Positions 28,618-37,973 of a stretch of 64,000 nucleotides of DNA are shown here, in pieces (position 1 is the first letter of the stretch; the number at the start of each line of letters is the position of its first letter). Origin of the DNA: an uncultured Bacillota bacterium (GTDB taxonomy: Bacteria; Sysuimicrobiota; Sysuimicrobiia; Sysuimicrobiales; Segetimicrobiaceae); the NCBI GenBank assembly GCA_963804645.1, contig CAWDRG010000017.1, positions 224,001 to 288,000 of the forward strand, written 5' to 3'. The position numbers and the translations under genes were made by a program. The notes beneath the pieces are model-generated. The model did not search any database. It was not told the DNA's origin and saw only the letters and a list, made by a program, of their open reading frames with translations.

Positions 28618-29537
28618 CCGACCGGATCCCCATCCGCGTGAGTCCCATGCTGGCCACGCTCGTGAGCGCGCCGTTCGAGCGGCGGGGGTGGGTCTACGAG
28701 GAGAAGTACGACGGCTACCGGATGCTCGCGTACAAAGAGGGCGCGCGGGTCCGGCTGCTCTCGAGGAACGCGCACGACCGGACGGCGGCGTACCCCGGCC
28801 TCGCGTCCGCGGTGAGCACCCTGCCGTGCCGCAACGCGCTCCTCGACGGCGAGATCGTCGCGTTCGACCGCCGCCGCGTCTCCCGGTTCCAGCTGCTGCA
28901 GCGGGGCGCCGCCGCCCCGACCTACGCGATCTTCGACTGCCTGTATCTCAACGGGCGGGACCTTCGACGCGAGGCCCTGTCCGCGAGACGCGATGCGCTG
29001 GAAACCGTCCTGCGACCCGGTCGCCCGCTGCTGCTCGCGCGCCGGCTCGCGAAGAACGGCCTCGCGGCGTACCGGGTCGCCAGACGCCGGGGGTATGAAG
29101 GGCTGGTCGCGAAAGATCTCAGCGCGCCGTACGTCGGCGGGCGGTCACGGGCGTGGCTCAAGGTCAAGGTGCGCCAGGAGGATGAGTTCGTCATCGTCGG
29201 CTATACGGCACCGAGCGGATCGCGGACGCGGTTCGGCGCGCTTCTGCTCGGGGCCTACAACCGCGGGACACTGCGCTACGTGGGCAAGGTCGGCACCGGC
29301 TTCACCACAGAGACGCTGGCGTCGCTCTTCCACGCGTTCCGGCCGTTCGTGCGCCGGACCCCGACCGTCGCCGATCCCCCTCGCGGACGCGGCATCACGT
29401 ACCTGGCCCCGCGGTTCGTCGCGCAGATCGCCTACGAAGAATTGACGGGCGACCGCAAGCTGCGCCAGCCGTCGTTCCTGGGGCTGCGGGACGACAAGGC
29501 GCCCCGCGACGTCACCCTTCCGGCACCGCTCTCATGA
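28614..29537 (+). CDS. ligD: Stand-alone NHEJ ATP-dependent DNA ligase (LigD ligase domain)
   Basis: PMLATL, EEKYDGYR (KxDG), LDGE, FDCL, EGLVAK, WLKVK, VGTGF and LRQPSFLGLRDDK motifs. Confidence 0.92.
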   Translation: MTDRIPIRVSPMLATLVSAPFERRGWVYEEKYDGYRMLAYKEGARVRLLSRNAHDRTAAYPGLASAVSTLPCRNALLDGEIVAFDRRRVSRFQLLQRGAAAPTYAIFDCLYLNGRDLRREALSARRDALETVLRPGRPLLLARRLAKNGLAAYRVARRRGYEGLVAKDLSAPYVGGRSRAWLKVKVRQEDEFVIVGYTAPSGSRTRFGALLLGAYNRGTLRYVGKVGTGFTTETLASLFHAFRPFVRRTPTVADPPRGRGITYLAPRFVAQIAYEELTGDRKLRQPSFLGLRDDKAPRDVTLPAPLS

Positions 29538-30472
29538 GCGCCCGCCCCCCTCGACCCAATCTCCGGCGGCTGCCGGTGCCGATCTCCCACCCGGACAAGG
29601 TGTTCTGGCCGGCCGAAGGATACACGAAGCTCGATCTCGTGTCCTTTTACGACCGCATTTTTCCGCACCTGCGACCCTACCTCGCCGACCGGCTCTTGAC
29701 GATGGAGCGATGCCCGGACGGCCTGCGGGGCGAGTGCTTCTACCAGCGCTCGGCCCCGCGCGGGCTTCCCCCGGGCACCCCCATCAAGCGCGTCCATGAC
29801 GCGACGGGCGTCACCAACTACGTCGTGGGCGGAGCGCGCGCCACGCAGGCGGCGCTCACGAACCTCGGCTGCATCGCGATCCATGTGTGGGCGAGCCGCG
29901 CCGCGGCGCCGCGGCTCCCCGACTGGGTGTGCTTCGACCTGGACCCGACGTCCGGCGCGTTCGCCGACGCTGCCCGCGCCGGCCGGCGGGTCAAGACCGA
30001 GCTGGACGCGCTCGGCCTGACGTCGTTCCCCAAGACATCGGGCAGCCGCGGCCTTCATGTGTTCGTGCCAATCCGCGTCGGCCCCGACGTCGCGGAGGTC
30101 CTGGCGTTCGCGGAGGCGGTCGTCCAGCACATCGCCGCCCGGTATCCCAAGGAGCTCACGGTCGAGCCGCACATCTCCGCCCGACGGGGACGCGTCTATC
30201 TGGACCCCTACCGGAACGGATTCGCGCAGACCGTGGCCGCGCCGTATTCGGTGCGGCGCCGCCCCAAGGCGCCCGTGTCGACGCCGCTTGACTGGTCCGA
30301 GGTGACGCCTGGGCTCAAGCCCGAGCAGTTCAACCTGGGAAACTTCGAGAAGCGCCTGGAGGGCGACGATCCGTGGAAGGGCTTTTTCCGGGCGCGCCAG
30401 ACGCTGACCGCGGCGATGACGGCCGTCTTGCCGACGCAGAACCGCGGACGATTCGTCAAAAAGAGTGGTTAA
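29534..30472 (+). CDS. Stand-alone LigD primase-polymerase domain protein
   Basis: HPDKVFW, RCPDG..FYQR, FDLDP, KTSGSRGLH, VYLD..N and PYSVR motifs. Confidence 0.92.
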   Translation: MSARPPRPNLRRLPVPISHPDKVFWPAEGYTKLDLVSFYDRIFPHLRPYLADRLLTMERCPDGLRGECFYQRSAPRGLPPGTPIKRVHDATGVTNYVVGGARATQAALTNLGCIAIHVWASRAAAPRLPDWVCFDLDPTSGAFADAARAGRRVKTELDALGLTSFPKTSGSRGLHVFVPIRVGPDVAEVLAFAEAVVQHIAARYPKELTVEPHISARRGRVYLDPYRNGFAQTVAAPYSVRRRPKAPVSTPLDWSEVTPGLKPEQFNLGNFEKRLEGDDPWKGFFRARQTLTAAMTAVLPTQNRGRFVKKSG

Positions 30473-30543
30473 ATGCAGAATCGCGAACCTGGTGTTCGCG
30501 ATTCAAGGACTTCGGTGGTGGCCGACCCTCTTTCTGTTTACGC
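30457..30543 (-). ncRNA. Candidate ~85-nt structured small RNA
   Basis: Lies just downstream of a TTGACA-17-GATAAT promoter. 5' and 3' ends can pair over 12 bp and enclose a perfect 11-bp hairpin. No plausible minus-strand gene follows. Confidence 0.45.
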
Positions 30544-30548
30544 AAGGG

Positions 30549-30577
30549 ATTATCTCAGAAAAGCGGGGCCTTGTCAA
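30549..30577 (-). promoter_or_regulatory. Near-consensus sigma70 promoter
   Basis: TTGACA (30577-30572), 17-bp spacer, GATAAT (30554-30549), in an AT-richer patch. Confidence 0.7.
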
Positions 30578-30857
30578 GACCCAACGAAACCCTTATATCT
30601 CAAGCCCTGGCGCGGCGGCAAGATGCAACTGAGGCGCATGGTAGGCGCCGTCGGTTTGCCGCTTATCGCAAAAGTAGAACCAGGCTGGTAGTCTCGTCCC
30701 GCGCCGCAGGCCGGCGGGCGCGTGCCACGGGCGCGCTGCCGGTGACGCCCAAGGGAGGAGATGCGGCGGTCCAACTGAATAGATCGACAATGGCGCGAGT
30801 GGTGCCGGTGAGCTCCGCCGGGCGCGGCCATGCAGCGAAGTGGCGGGTGGTGTTCCC

Positions 30858-31862
30858 GTGAGTTTCCTCTGGCCGGCCGCGCTCCTGCTCTACCTGCTTG
30901 TGCCGGTGCTCGTCGCGGGCTATATCTGGATCCTGCGGCGCCCGCCGCGGGAGCGCATGACGTACTCCACGCTTGATCTCGTGGCCCGCGCGGCGGAGGC
31001 CGGCGGCCGCTGGCGCCGCCACGTCCCGGCCGCGTTCTACCTCGCCACGCTGTGCGCCGTGATCTTCACGGTCGCGCGACCTGTGGCCGCGATCCCGACC
31101 CCGGACAACAAGACCGTCGTCATGATGAGCATCGACGTGAGCCGGAGCATGATGTCCACCGACGTCACGCCGAACCGCCTGGAAGCGGCGAAGGCGTCGG
31201 CCGTCAAATTCGTGAAGGCGCTGCCGAAGGATACCAAAGTCGGTCTCGTCTCGTTCAGCAGTTACGCGACGCTCGTCAGGGCGCCGACGGCTGACCACGA
31301 TCAGGTCATCGACTCGATCCACACGCTCGAGCCTCAGTTTGGGACGGCGATCGGCGACGGTCTGCTGGAGGCGGTCTACGCGCTGCCGGGACGGCCCCGG
31401 CTGACCGGCCCCGCGAACCCGTACGGCACGCCCACGCTACCCACGTCGCCGCCCCCGGATGCCGACCGGCTGACGCCGGCCACCGTCGTCCTGCTGAGCG
31501 ACGGACAGAGCAACCGCGGGATTCCGCCGCTCGAGGCGGCGCCGATCGCGAAAGAGCTCAAGGTCAAGGTGTACACGATCGGGCTCGGCCGCCCCGAGGG
31601 CACCTTCCTCGAACTCGGGGGGCGCAACTGGTTTGCGGTCCTCGACGAGGAAACGCTGACACAGATCGCCCACATCACCGGGGGCACGTACCAGCGCGTC
31701 ACGAACGACCGCGACCTCGCTCGGGTGTACACGCAGCTCGGCCACATCGTCGGCTGGGAGATTCGTCCGGTCGAGGTGAGCGGGATCGCGTCGCTCGGGG
31801 TCGCGGCGCTGTTTGTCGGCACCATCGCGATCTCGCTCGTCTGGATGCACCGGCTGGGCTAG
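30858..31862 (+). CDS. BatA-like VWA-domain membrane protein
   Basis: N-terminal FLWP double TM, MIDAS DVSRSM, TAIGDG, LLSDG and a C-terminal TM. Confidence 0.9.
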   Translation: MSFLWPAALLLYLLVPVLVAGYIWILRRPPRERMTYSTLDLVARAAEAGGRWRRHVPAAFYLATLCAVIFTVARPVAAIPTPDNKTVVMMSIDVSRSMMSTDVTPNRLEAAKASAVKFVKALPKDTKVGLVSFSSYATLVRAPTADHDQVIDSIHTLEPQFGTAIGDGLLEAVYALPGRPRLTGPANPYGTPTLPTSPPPDADRLTPATVVLLSDGQSNRGIPPLEAAPIAKELKVKVYTIGLGRPEGTFLELGGRNWFAVLDEETLTQIAHITGGTYQRVTNDRDLARVYTQLGHIVGWEIRPVEVSGIASLGVAALFVGTIAISLVWMHRLG

Positions 31863-31910
31863 CGCACCGGCCCGGCCGCCGCGGTCCGGCCGGGGGCCGA
31901 CGACGGACGG

Positions 31911-33377
31911 CTAGACCACCGCGCCCATCGCGTCGAGCGCCGCGACGAACGACTTCTCGAATGCCGCCAGCCCGTTGACCTGATCGTTGCCCTCGATCAC
32001 GAGATACTCGTCGGGCGAGTGGGCCCGTCCGCCGTGATTCAGCCCCACCGGCACGAGCGGAATCTGCAGCGGCCGCTTGGTGAACACGTGCCAGGGCGCG
32101 CTGCCCGCGGAGGTCGGCGCGACCAGCGGCTCGTAGCCGAACGCACGGCAGCTGCGCACCAGCGCCGCGACGAACGGCGACCTCGGCGAGGTCCGCGCCC
32201 ACTCATGACTGCGGGCCTCCTCCACCGTGCGCCCCCCGCGCACCGCAACGATTTGGATGTCGCTGTAGCCGCGGCGGTCGAGGTGGCGCCGCACCTTCTC
32301 GAGCACACCCCGGTAGGTTTGGTTCGGCACCAGCCGGGCCTCGAACTTGGCGCGCACGCGATGGGGCATCGACGTCTTGAAGTCGGGCCCGATGTAGCCC
32401 CCGACGATGCCCTGGATGTTCAGGGTGGGGGCGAAGAACAGCTTCATCAATGCGTCGCGCCCGTGGACGTCGTCGATGAACCGGTCCACGGCCATCACCT
32501 GTTTGGCGCTCTGTTCGTCGTAGTGCGGCGCCATCCGATCCACGAGCTCGACGTCCTCGGGGGCCGGCGGGAGGACGTCGTCGTAGAAGTCGTCGATGGT
32601 GACGCGCTCGGGATGGGCGGGGTCGGTCATCGTCGCGAGCGCCTGGATCAGCCGCCATGCCGGGCTGTCGACCATCGCCGCGTTGCTGCTGTGAATGTCA
32701 AACTGCCGCGGCCCGCGCCCCCACAGCGCTCCGGAGCACTCGAGCTCAAACGCCGCGCTGCCCTTGCAGCCGAGCGCCACCATCGGCACGCCCGTGAGGC
32801 CCTGCAGCGCGCTCGGAAAGATCGCCGCCCGGGCGTCCTTCAGCCGGTCCAGGTAGGCCGTCGCGAAATCGACCAGCCGCGGGCTCCCGATCTCCTCTTC
32901 GCCGTCGCTGATGAACTTGAGGTTCACGGGGAGCTCCTGCCCCGTCGCCCGGATCGACTCCACCGCGTTCAGAAATGCGCCCAGCGGGCCCTTTTGATTG
33001 ACCGCCCCCCTGCCGACAAGACACCGCCGAAACGGAGGCCGCGCGATGACCTGGGGATCGAACGGGTCGGGGATGAGCGTCCACTCTTCCCCCGTGATCT
33101 GCTTGACGTCGTACATGAAGTACACGAGGAGCGTCACCGGTTTGCCGGCGTCGTACTCCGCGTAGACGACGGGCTGCCCCTTCGTGGGGACGATCTCGAT
33201 GTGCTGGCAGCCGAGGCCGCGGTAGAACGAGGCCAACAGCTCCGCACACTCGGTCATCCCACGGTTCTCGGCCGAGATGCTCGGGATCCGAATCAGCTCG
33301 AGGATCCGCTCGAGATGCTCCGGCTGATGCCCATCGATGTGGTCGAACACCCGCTCGACCTGCAGTCCCTGCCGCAT
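31911..33377 (-). CDS. M20/M25/M40 family metallo-hydrolase
   Basis: IPSIS, YFMYDVK, GRGAVNQKG, DGEEEIGS and AHSPDEY motifs. Confidence 0.88.
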   Translation of the reverse strand: MRQGLQVERVFDHIDGHQPEHLERILELIRIPSISAENRGMTECAELLASFYRGLGCQHIEIVPTKGQPVVYAEYDAGKPVTLLVYFMYDVKQITGEEWTLIPDPFDPQVIARPPFRRCLVGRGAVNQKGPLGAFLNAVESIRATGQELPVNLKFISDGEEEIGSPRLVDFATAYLDRLKDARAAIFPSALQGLTGVPMVALGCKGSAAFELECSGALWGRGPRQFDIHSSNAAMVDSPAWRLIQALATMTDPAHPERVTIDDFYDDVLPPAPEDVELVDRMAPHYDEQSAKQVMAVDRFIDDVHGRDALMKLFFAPTLNIQGIVGGYIGPDFKTSMPHRVRAKFEARLVPNQTYRGVLEKVRRHLDRRGYSDIQIVAVRGGRTVEEARSHEWARTSPRSPFVAALVRSCRAFGYEPLVAPTSAGSAPWHVFTKRPLQIPLVPVGLNHGGRAHSPDEYLVIEGNDQVNGLAAFEKSFVAALDAMGAVV

Positions 33378-33582
33378 CGTGCCCTCCCCGGCCATCGTCG
33401 GCATGTGTGGACGCCCGGGCAAGCGCGGACGGGCGCCCCGTGGCTTTCGGCGTGCGGGCGGTCCCGCCCTCCGGTCCGCCCGCGGGACTCGACGGCCCGG
33501 AGCCCCGGTGCATCGGGCGCACGCCCGATACGCTGGAGGGCCTCACGGAGTCATACTTGAGAGGGGAATCCGAGGTGTTGCC

Positions 33583-33816
33583 GTGAAGGCGGGCATCATC
33601 CCGATGGAGGCGAACGACGAGAGCGCCCAGTACGACCCGGCGCTCCGGATCATGCTCGACGACCTCGTGCACGCGGGGCACGTCATCGTCGATGCGCCGG
33701 ACGTCGCGTGCAACGTCTGGCTCGCGGCCACGCGCAGGTATCCGGAGTCCGAAATCGTGCTGTCCCGCCCCGGACGGCGATACCGCATCGAGATGCTGTT
33801 CCGGCGAAATCTCTAG
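33583..33816 (+). CDS. Small hypothetical protein (~77 aa)
   Basis: GAGGTG RBS before GTG 33583, CATACT -10-like hexamer upstream, GC3-biased codons; fills an otherwise empty gap. Confidence 0.5.
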   Translation: MKAGIIPMEANDESAQYDPALRIMLDDLVHAGHVIVDAPDVACNVWLAATRRYPESEIVLSRPGRRYRIEMLFRRNL

Positions 33817-33914
33817 GGGCGGCAGCGAGCTGTAACGACGCCGCCCGGGACCGTGGTCCCGGGCGGCATCGTGTCACCGGCGGCACGCCGGCTGGGGCGT
33901 GCCGGAGTTTGGGC

Positions 33915-35540
33915 TTATGCGCTGAGCCAGCTCTTCTTGAACGCCATCCGCCGCTGGGTAAACGACTGCGTGAAGCCCTGCAGCTTCGACGACATCGACT
34001 CGAAGTTATACGCGACGTACCACCACCAGTTCGGGGACTCGTCGAGCAGCGTCTGCTGGATCTCGACGTAGAGGCTCCGGCGCTCGTCGTGGTTGAAGTT
34101 CTGGCGGGCCTGCTGCATCAGCAGATCCAGCTTGGGGTTCCGGTAGCCGCCGTAGTTGATGGTGCCCATCGAGTCGAAGTACGGGAACAGATACCCGTCG
34201 GGATCGGGGCGAAACGTGTTGCCGGAGCAGAAGATCTCCCCACCCTGCGTGCCGCCGCTCCGAACGCAAAGGCTGGTGTCGGCCACGAACGTGCCCCACT
34301 CTTCCTGGACCACCTGGGCGTCGACCCCGATCCGCTTGAGCGAGTCCTGCACCACGAGCGTGGTGGCGACGTACTGTGGATACAGCGGGGAGCATTTCAT
34401 CTGGATCGACAACCCGGCGCCGTTCGGATAGCCCGCCTCGGCGAGCAGCTTCTTCGCACCGTCGATGTCGGGCTTGTTGTAGGGCAGCACCTTGGGATCG
34501 AGATACCAGTCGCCGTAGCCGGTCGGCACCGGCCCGGAGGGCACGGCCTGGCCGAACGCCGCCTTCTGCATCACTTCGTTCGTATCGACCGCCATCCGGA
34601 GCGCCTTGCGGACGCGGGCGTCGTTCAGCGGCTTTTGATACACGTTGATGTACTGGAGCGTCACGTTGGCCACGGTGCGGTGGAGCGTGTTGATGTTCGG
34701 CGCCCCCTGCAGAGCCTGCGCGCCCTGCGCGTCGACAAACGCGAAGTGCACCTGCCCGGCGCGCAGCGCCGCGATCCGGGTGTTCTGGTCGGTCAGAATC
34801 TTGAACACCATGCCGTCGAAGTACGGGTACGGCTTGTCCCAGTAGTCGGTATTCTTGGCGTAGGTGATGTGGTCTTGCGGCACGTACTCCACGAGCTTGA
34901 ACGGCCCGGTGCCAACGGCCTGGACCTTCAAGTTCGCCTTCTCCGCGTAGCCCTTCGGCATGACGCCGGACGCGCGCATCCCGGCGAACGAGCCGAGAAG
35001 CCCGGGGTACGGCGACTTCATGTTCACTTGGACGGTCATCGGATCGAGCACCCGAACGTCCTGCACCTGGTCGAACCAACTGAACCACGGGGAGGCCGTC
35101 TTGGGGTCCAGCACGCGGTTGATGGTGTACTGCACGTCGTCGGCCGTCATCGGCTGCCCGTTGTGGAACTTGACGTTCGGACGCAGGTGAAACACCCAGG
35201 TCTTGCCGCCGTTCTGGATCTCCCACGACTGCGCAAGGCACGGGATGATGGTCATCTTCTCGTCGTACTGCACGAGACTCTCGTAAATGTGCTCGAACGC
35301 CTGCAGCGCCGAGAAGTTCGAGTCCGTGTGCGGATCGAGGCTGATCGGATCGACCTCCTGCGCGCAGACAAACGTGCCGCCGGGCCTGGGTTGTGCGGCC
35401 GCAGCCGCCGCTCCCGGCAAGGACACGGCCCCGCCGAGCATTCCCGCACCCGCGATGCCACCGCCGAGTGCGAGGCCCTGCACAAGCAGGTCGCGCCGGC
35501 TCAACCGTCCCTGGCGACCGGATCCGTTCGTACGTTCCAT
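33915..35540 (-). CDS. Tat-exported peptide/nickel-type (family 5) ABC substrate-binding protein, with no adjacent permeases
   Basis: LSRRDLL signal, SLDPH, LAQSWE, VKFHNG..TADDV, GTGPFK and DARVRKAL motifs. Confidence 0.92.
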   Translation of the reverse strand: MERTNGSGRQGRLSRRDLLVQGLALGGGIAGAGMLGGAVSLPGAAAAAAQPRPGGTFVCAQEVDPISLDPHTDSNFSALQAFEHIYESLVQYDEKMTIIPCLAQSWEIQNGGKTWVFHLRPNVKFHNGQPMTADDVQYTINRVLDPKTASPWFSWFDQVQDVRVLDPMTVQVNMKSPYPGLLGSFAGMRASGVMPKGYAEKANLKVQAVGTGPFKLVEYVPQDHITYAKNTDYWDKPYPYFDGMVFKILTDQNTRIAALRAGQVHFAFVDAQGAQALQGAPNINTLHRTVANVTLQYINVYQKPLNDARVRKALRMAVDTNEVMQKAAFGQAVPSGPVPTGYGDWYLDPKVLPYNKPDIDGAKKLLAEAGYPNGAGLSIQMKCSPLYPQYVATTLVVQDSLKRIGVDAQVVQEEWGTFVADTSLCVRSGGTQGGEIFCSGNTFRPDPDGYLFPYFDSMGTINYGGYRNPKLDLLMQQARQNFNHDERRSLYVEIQQTLLDESPNWWWYVAYNFESMSSKLQGFTQSFTQRRMAFKKSWLSA

Positions 35541-35670
35541 AGGTGACGCCCCCTCTGCCTTCGCTGTCCGGTACCGCTGCCCCCCAAATCGTTGGCCCCT
35601 AGCGTTCTCTTCTCGGACGGGAGGTTCCTGCCTCCGCGGTGGGCGGAGGCCCGGCGCGGACGGCCCCGTG

Positions 35671-37002
35671 TCACCCGACGTGGTCGCGAAGAAATGCCAG
35701 GGTATCCGCCCAGGCGGCCGCCTGGCCGAACGCGTTCGCTTCCGGCGTCCCGCCGCGGAGCAGCACCTGGCCGCTGACGGCATGGCGCGTCCCGTCCACG
35801 GTTGTGGGCAGGTACGGGTACTTCAGCACGTGCCCCGCGCCGTGCGCCGAGAAGTGGCGGAACGGATAGGGGTGGCGGTGTGCGGCCAGCCGCGTCACGA
35901 CCATCTCCGCCATCACCGGAGACGGCCACAACTGGTCGTCCGAGCCGGAGACCACCAGCACGGGGCCGCGAATGCGCTCGACCGGGATCGCCACGCGCGC
36001 GACCGCGTCGGCATCGGCCAGCGCCGCGAGAAACCGCGGGGTCATCGCGGTCGGCGTATCGGACTCGGCCGCCGCCGGGCTGGCGGGAGGCTCGGACCGG
36101 GTCCTCGGCAGATACTCCACGGGCTGGCCCCGCCACGTCCAGGCCGCCCGCGGCGACGGCCCGGTCGGGAAGCCGCCGAACACGACCGACCCGGGCACGT
36201 AGGCGACGACGCCCGCGACCTGCGGGAAACGCGCCCCGAGCAGCAGGGCGAGCTCGCCGCCCCGGGACGCGCCCATCACGACGACCCGGTCCGGCCGCAC
36301 GCTCGGCTGCGCGCGCAGCCACTCGATCGCGGCCTCGAAGTACTCGAGGGGAATTTCCCAGAGCTCCGCCGGCAGCGTCTCATATCTGAAGTAGGCCAGC
36401 GCGAGCGCGGCGTAGCCGTGGCTGGCGAGGAGGGCGGCCCGCGGCTCCTGCAGGCCGCCCTCGGATCCGCCCATCACGAGGATCCCCGGACGCGGCTCCG
36501 CGTCGGCGGGTTGGAAGAATGTGCCGACGAGGCCCCGTGCGCGGACGGGAGTGCGCCGCACCCCGGGCCCCATCACCGGCCGGTCGAGCTGCGCGCCGGC
36601 GATCGCTCGCCCGTCGATCTCGGCGCGAAACGTCATCGTGAGCGGTGACGCGGACGCGTGCGGGAACGGCGACCGGTCCGACCTCCCGCGGTCCAGCTGC
36701 ATCGACCAAAACAGCCCGCTGAAATCGGTCCCCCGATAGGTGCCGTCGTCAGCGGGCTGCGCGGCGACATCCACCTCGCCGCGCGGGTTCGCGCGGTACC
36801 GCGCCCACGACGACCACGTCCGGCCGAGCTCGTCGTCCATGTGGGCACGCACCGTGACCGGGACGCCCGGATCGAGCCCACGGAGCGTGAGGTGGACGCG
36901 CTCATCGACCAGGGCGGGGTTCGGACCCAGGCCGATCACAGCCGGCGACGTCTGGGGGGACGGGCGATCCGCGAGCGGCGTCCCGGAGTCCTGGTCCGCC
37001 AT
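35671..37002 (-). CDS. Acyl-CoA thioesterase/BAAT family alpha/beta hydrolase
   Basis: BAAT N-domain (GLFWSM), GGSEGG, nucleophile GASRGG, DDQLWPS and GAGH motifs. Confidence 0.9.
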   Translation of the reverse strand: MADQDSGTPLADRPSPQTSPAVIGLGPNPALVDERVHLTLRGLDPGVPVTVRAHMDDELGRTWSSWARYRANPRGEVDVAAQPADDGTYRGTDFSGLFWSMQLDRGRSDRSPFPHASASPLTMTFRAEIDGRAIAGAQLDRPVMGPGVRRTPVRARGLVGTFFQPADAEPRPGILVMGGSEGGLQEPRAALLASHGYAALALAYFRYETLPAELWEIPLEYFEAAIEWLRAQPSVRPDRVVVMGASRGGELALLLGARFPQVAGVVAYVPGSVVFGGFPTGPSPRAAWTWRGQPVEYLPRTRSEPPASPAAAESDTPTAMTPRFLAALADADAVARVAIPVERIRGPVLVVSGSDDQLWPSPVMAEMVVTRLAAHRHPYPFRHFSAHGAGHVLKYPYLPTTVDGTRHAVSGQVLLRGGTPEANAFGQAAAWADTLAFLRDHVG

Positions 37003-37010
37003 CACCCGTG

Positions 37011-37955
37011 CTAGCCTGCGAGGCCGCCGACGTACCGGGCGGGATCGTGGTCGAATCTGCGCTTGCAGCGCTCGCAGCAGAAGTAAAACGCCTGCCCCGC
37101 CACCTCGGATCGGTACTGGGCGGACGCGACGTCCACGGTCATGCCGCAGACCGGGTCCCGCGCCTCGGCGTCGACGCGCGGCTGCGCGGCGCCGTCCGGC
37201 GCAGCGGCCGCCGCACGGGCGCGCGACACCTGCACGATCTCCGCCAAGATGCTCGCGGCGATCTCGGCCGGCGTCACGGCGCCGACGTCGAGTCCGGCGG
37301 GGACCTTCAGGCGGCCGAGCCGCTCCTCAGGAACGCCCCGCGCCCGCAGGTCCGCGATGATCGCCGCCGCTCGGCGTCGGCTGGCGACCAGGCTGACGTA
37401 GCCGGCCTCGGTGGTGAGGGCGTGTGCCAGCGCCTCTTCATCGAACGTGCCGTGGGTGACGACGACGATGCACGTCTGCGGCGCGATGCCGCACTGGGGC
37501 AGCTGTTCGACCGCGGCCTCGGACGGGATCCGCGTGACGCGGTAGTCCATGGCGTCGCCGAGTTTGACGAGCGTCTCCGCCACGGGCCCCTGCCCAATGA
37601 TCAGCACCTGGAGCCGCGGCAGCACCGGCTCCACGAAGATCTCAAGCGTGCCGCCGCTGTGGCAGGACATCGGATGTTCAATCATCCCTTCGCGCGGGTA
37701 CGCGACCGTGCCCTCTCCGACGAGCGCAATGAAGCGCGGCTGCCCGTCCGCGAGCGCCCGCAGCGCCTCCTTCACGACGACGGGCTCCGCGCAGCTGCCG
37801 CCGATCCACCCGGAAACGGTCCCGTCCTTCCGCACGAGCGCCTTGGCGCCGGGTTTGGACGAGGTCGGCCGATCGCACCGCACCACGGTCGCCAGCACGA
37901 ACGGCTCGCCCTGCTCGGTCAGGGCGTTCGCGAGCGCGAGCAGCTCGTGCGCCAC
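37011..37955 (-). CDS. XdhC/CoxF-type maturation factor with a C-terminal YHS domain
   Basis: GWIGGSCAE, MSCHSGG, PAGLDVGA.TPAEIA and the YHS sequence DPVCGMTV..YFCCERC. Confidence 0.88.
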   Translation of the reverse strand: MAHELLALANALTEQGEPFVLATVVRCDRPTSSKPGAKALVRKDGTVSGWIGGSCAEPVVVKEALRALADGQPRFIALVGEGTVAYPREGMIEHPMSCHSGGTLEIFVEPVLPRLQVLIIGQGPVAETLVKLGDAMDYRVTRIPSEAAVEQLPQCGIAPQTCIVVVTHGTFDEEALAHALTTEAGYVSLVASRRRAAAIIADLRARGVPEERLGRLKVPAGLDVGAVTPAEIAASILAEIVQVSRARAAAAAPDGAAQPRVDAEARDPVCGMTVDVASAQYRSEVAGQAFYFCCERCKRRFDHDPARYVGGLAG

Positions 37956-37973
37956 GGCGTCCCTACACCGCCG

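Noticed and set aside
30447..30560. dif/Xer-like site (GGTTAAAT; TTCTGAGATAA-TCCC-TTGCGTAAACA on the minus strand)
   Set aside because: The spacer is 4 bp rather than 6 and the XerC arm is poor; a promoter plus RNA explains the region better.
30620..30690. c-di-GMP-I riboswitch (GGCAAACC on the minus strand)
   Set aside because: No GAAA tetraloop/receptor or GACGCAAAGC element follows.
30473..30691. 72-aa ORF MQNREPG...
   Set aside because: No RBS, atypical codon use, and it overlaps the promoter and hairpin features.
30858..31862. CoxE of the cox cluster
   Set aside because: It has a BatA-like membrane architecture, lies on the opposite strand 5 kb away, and has no MoxR/CoxD partner nearby.
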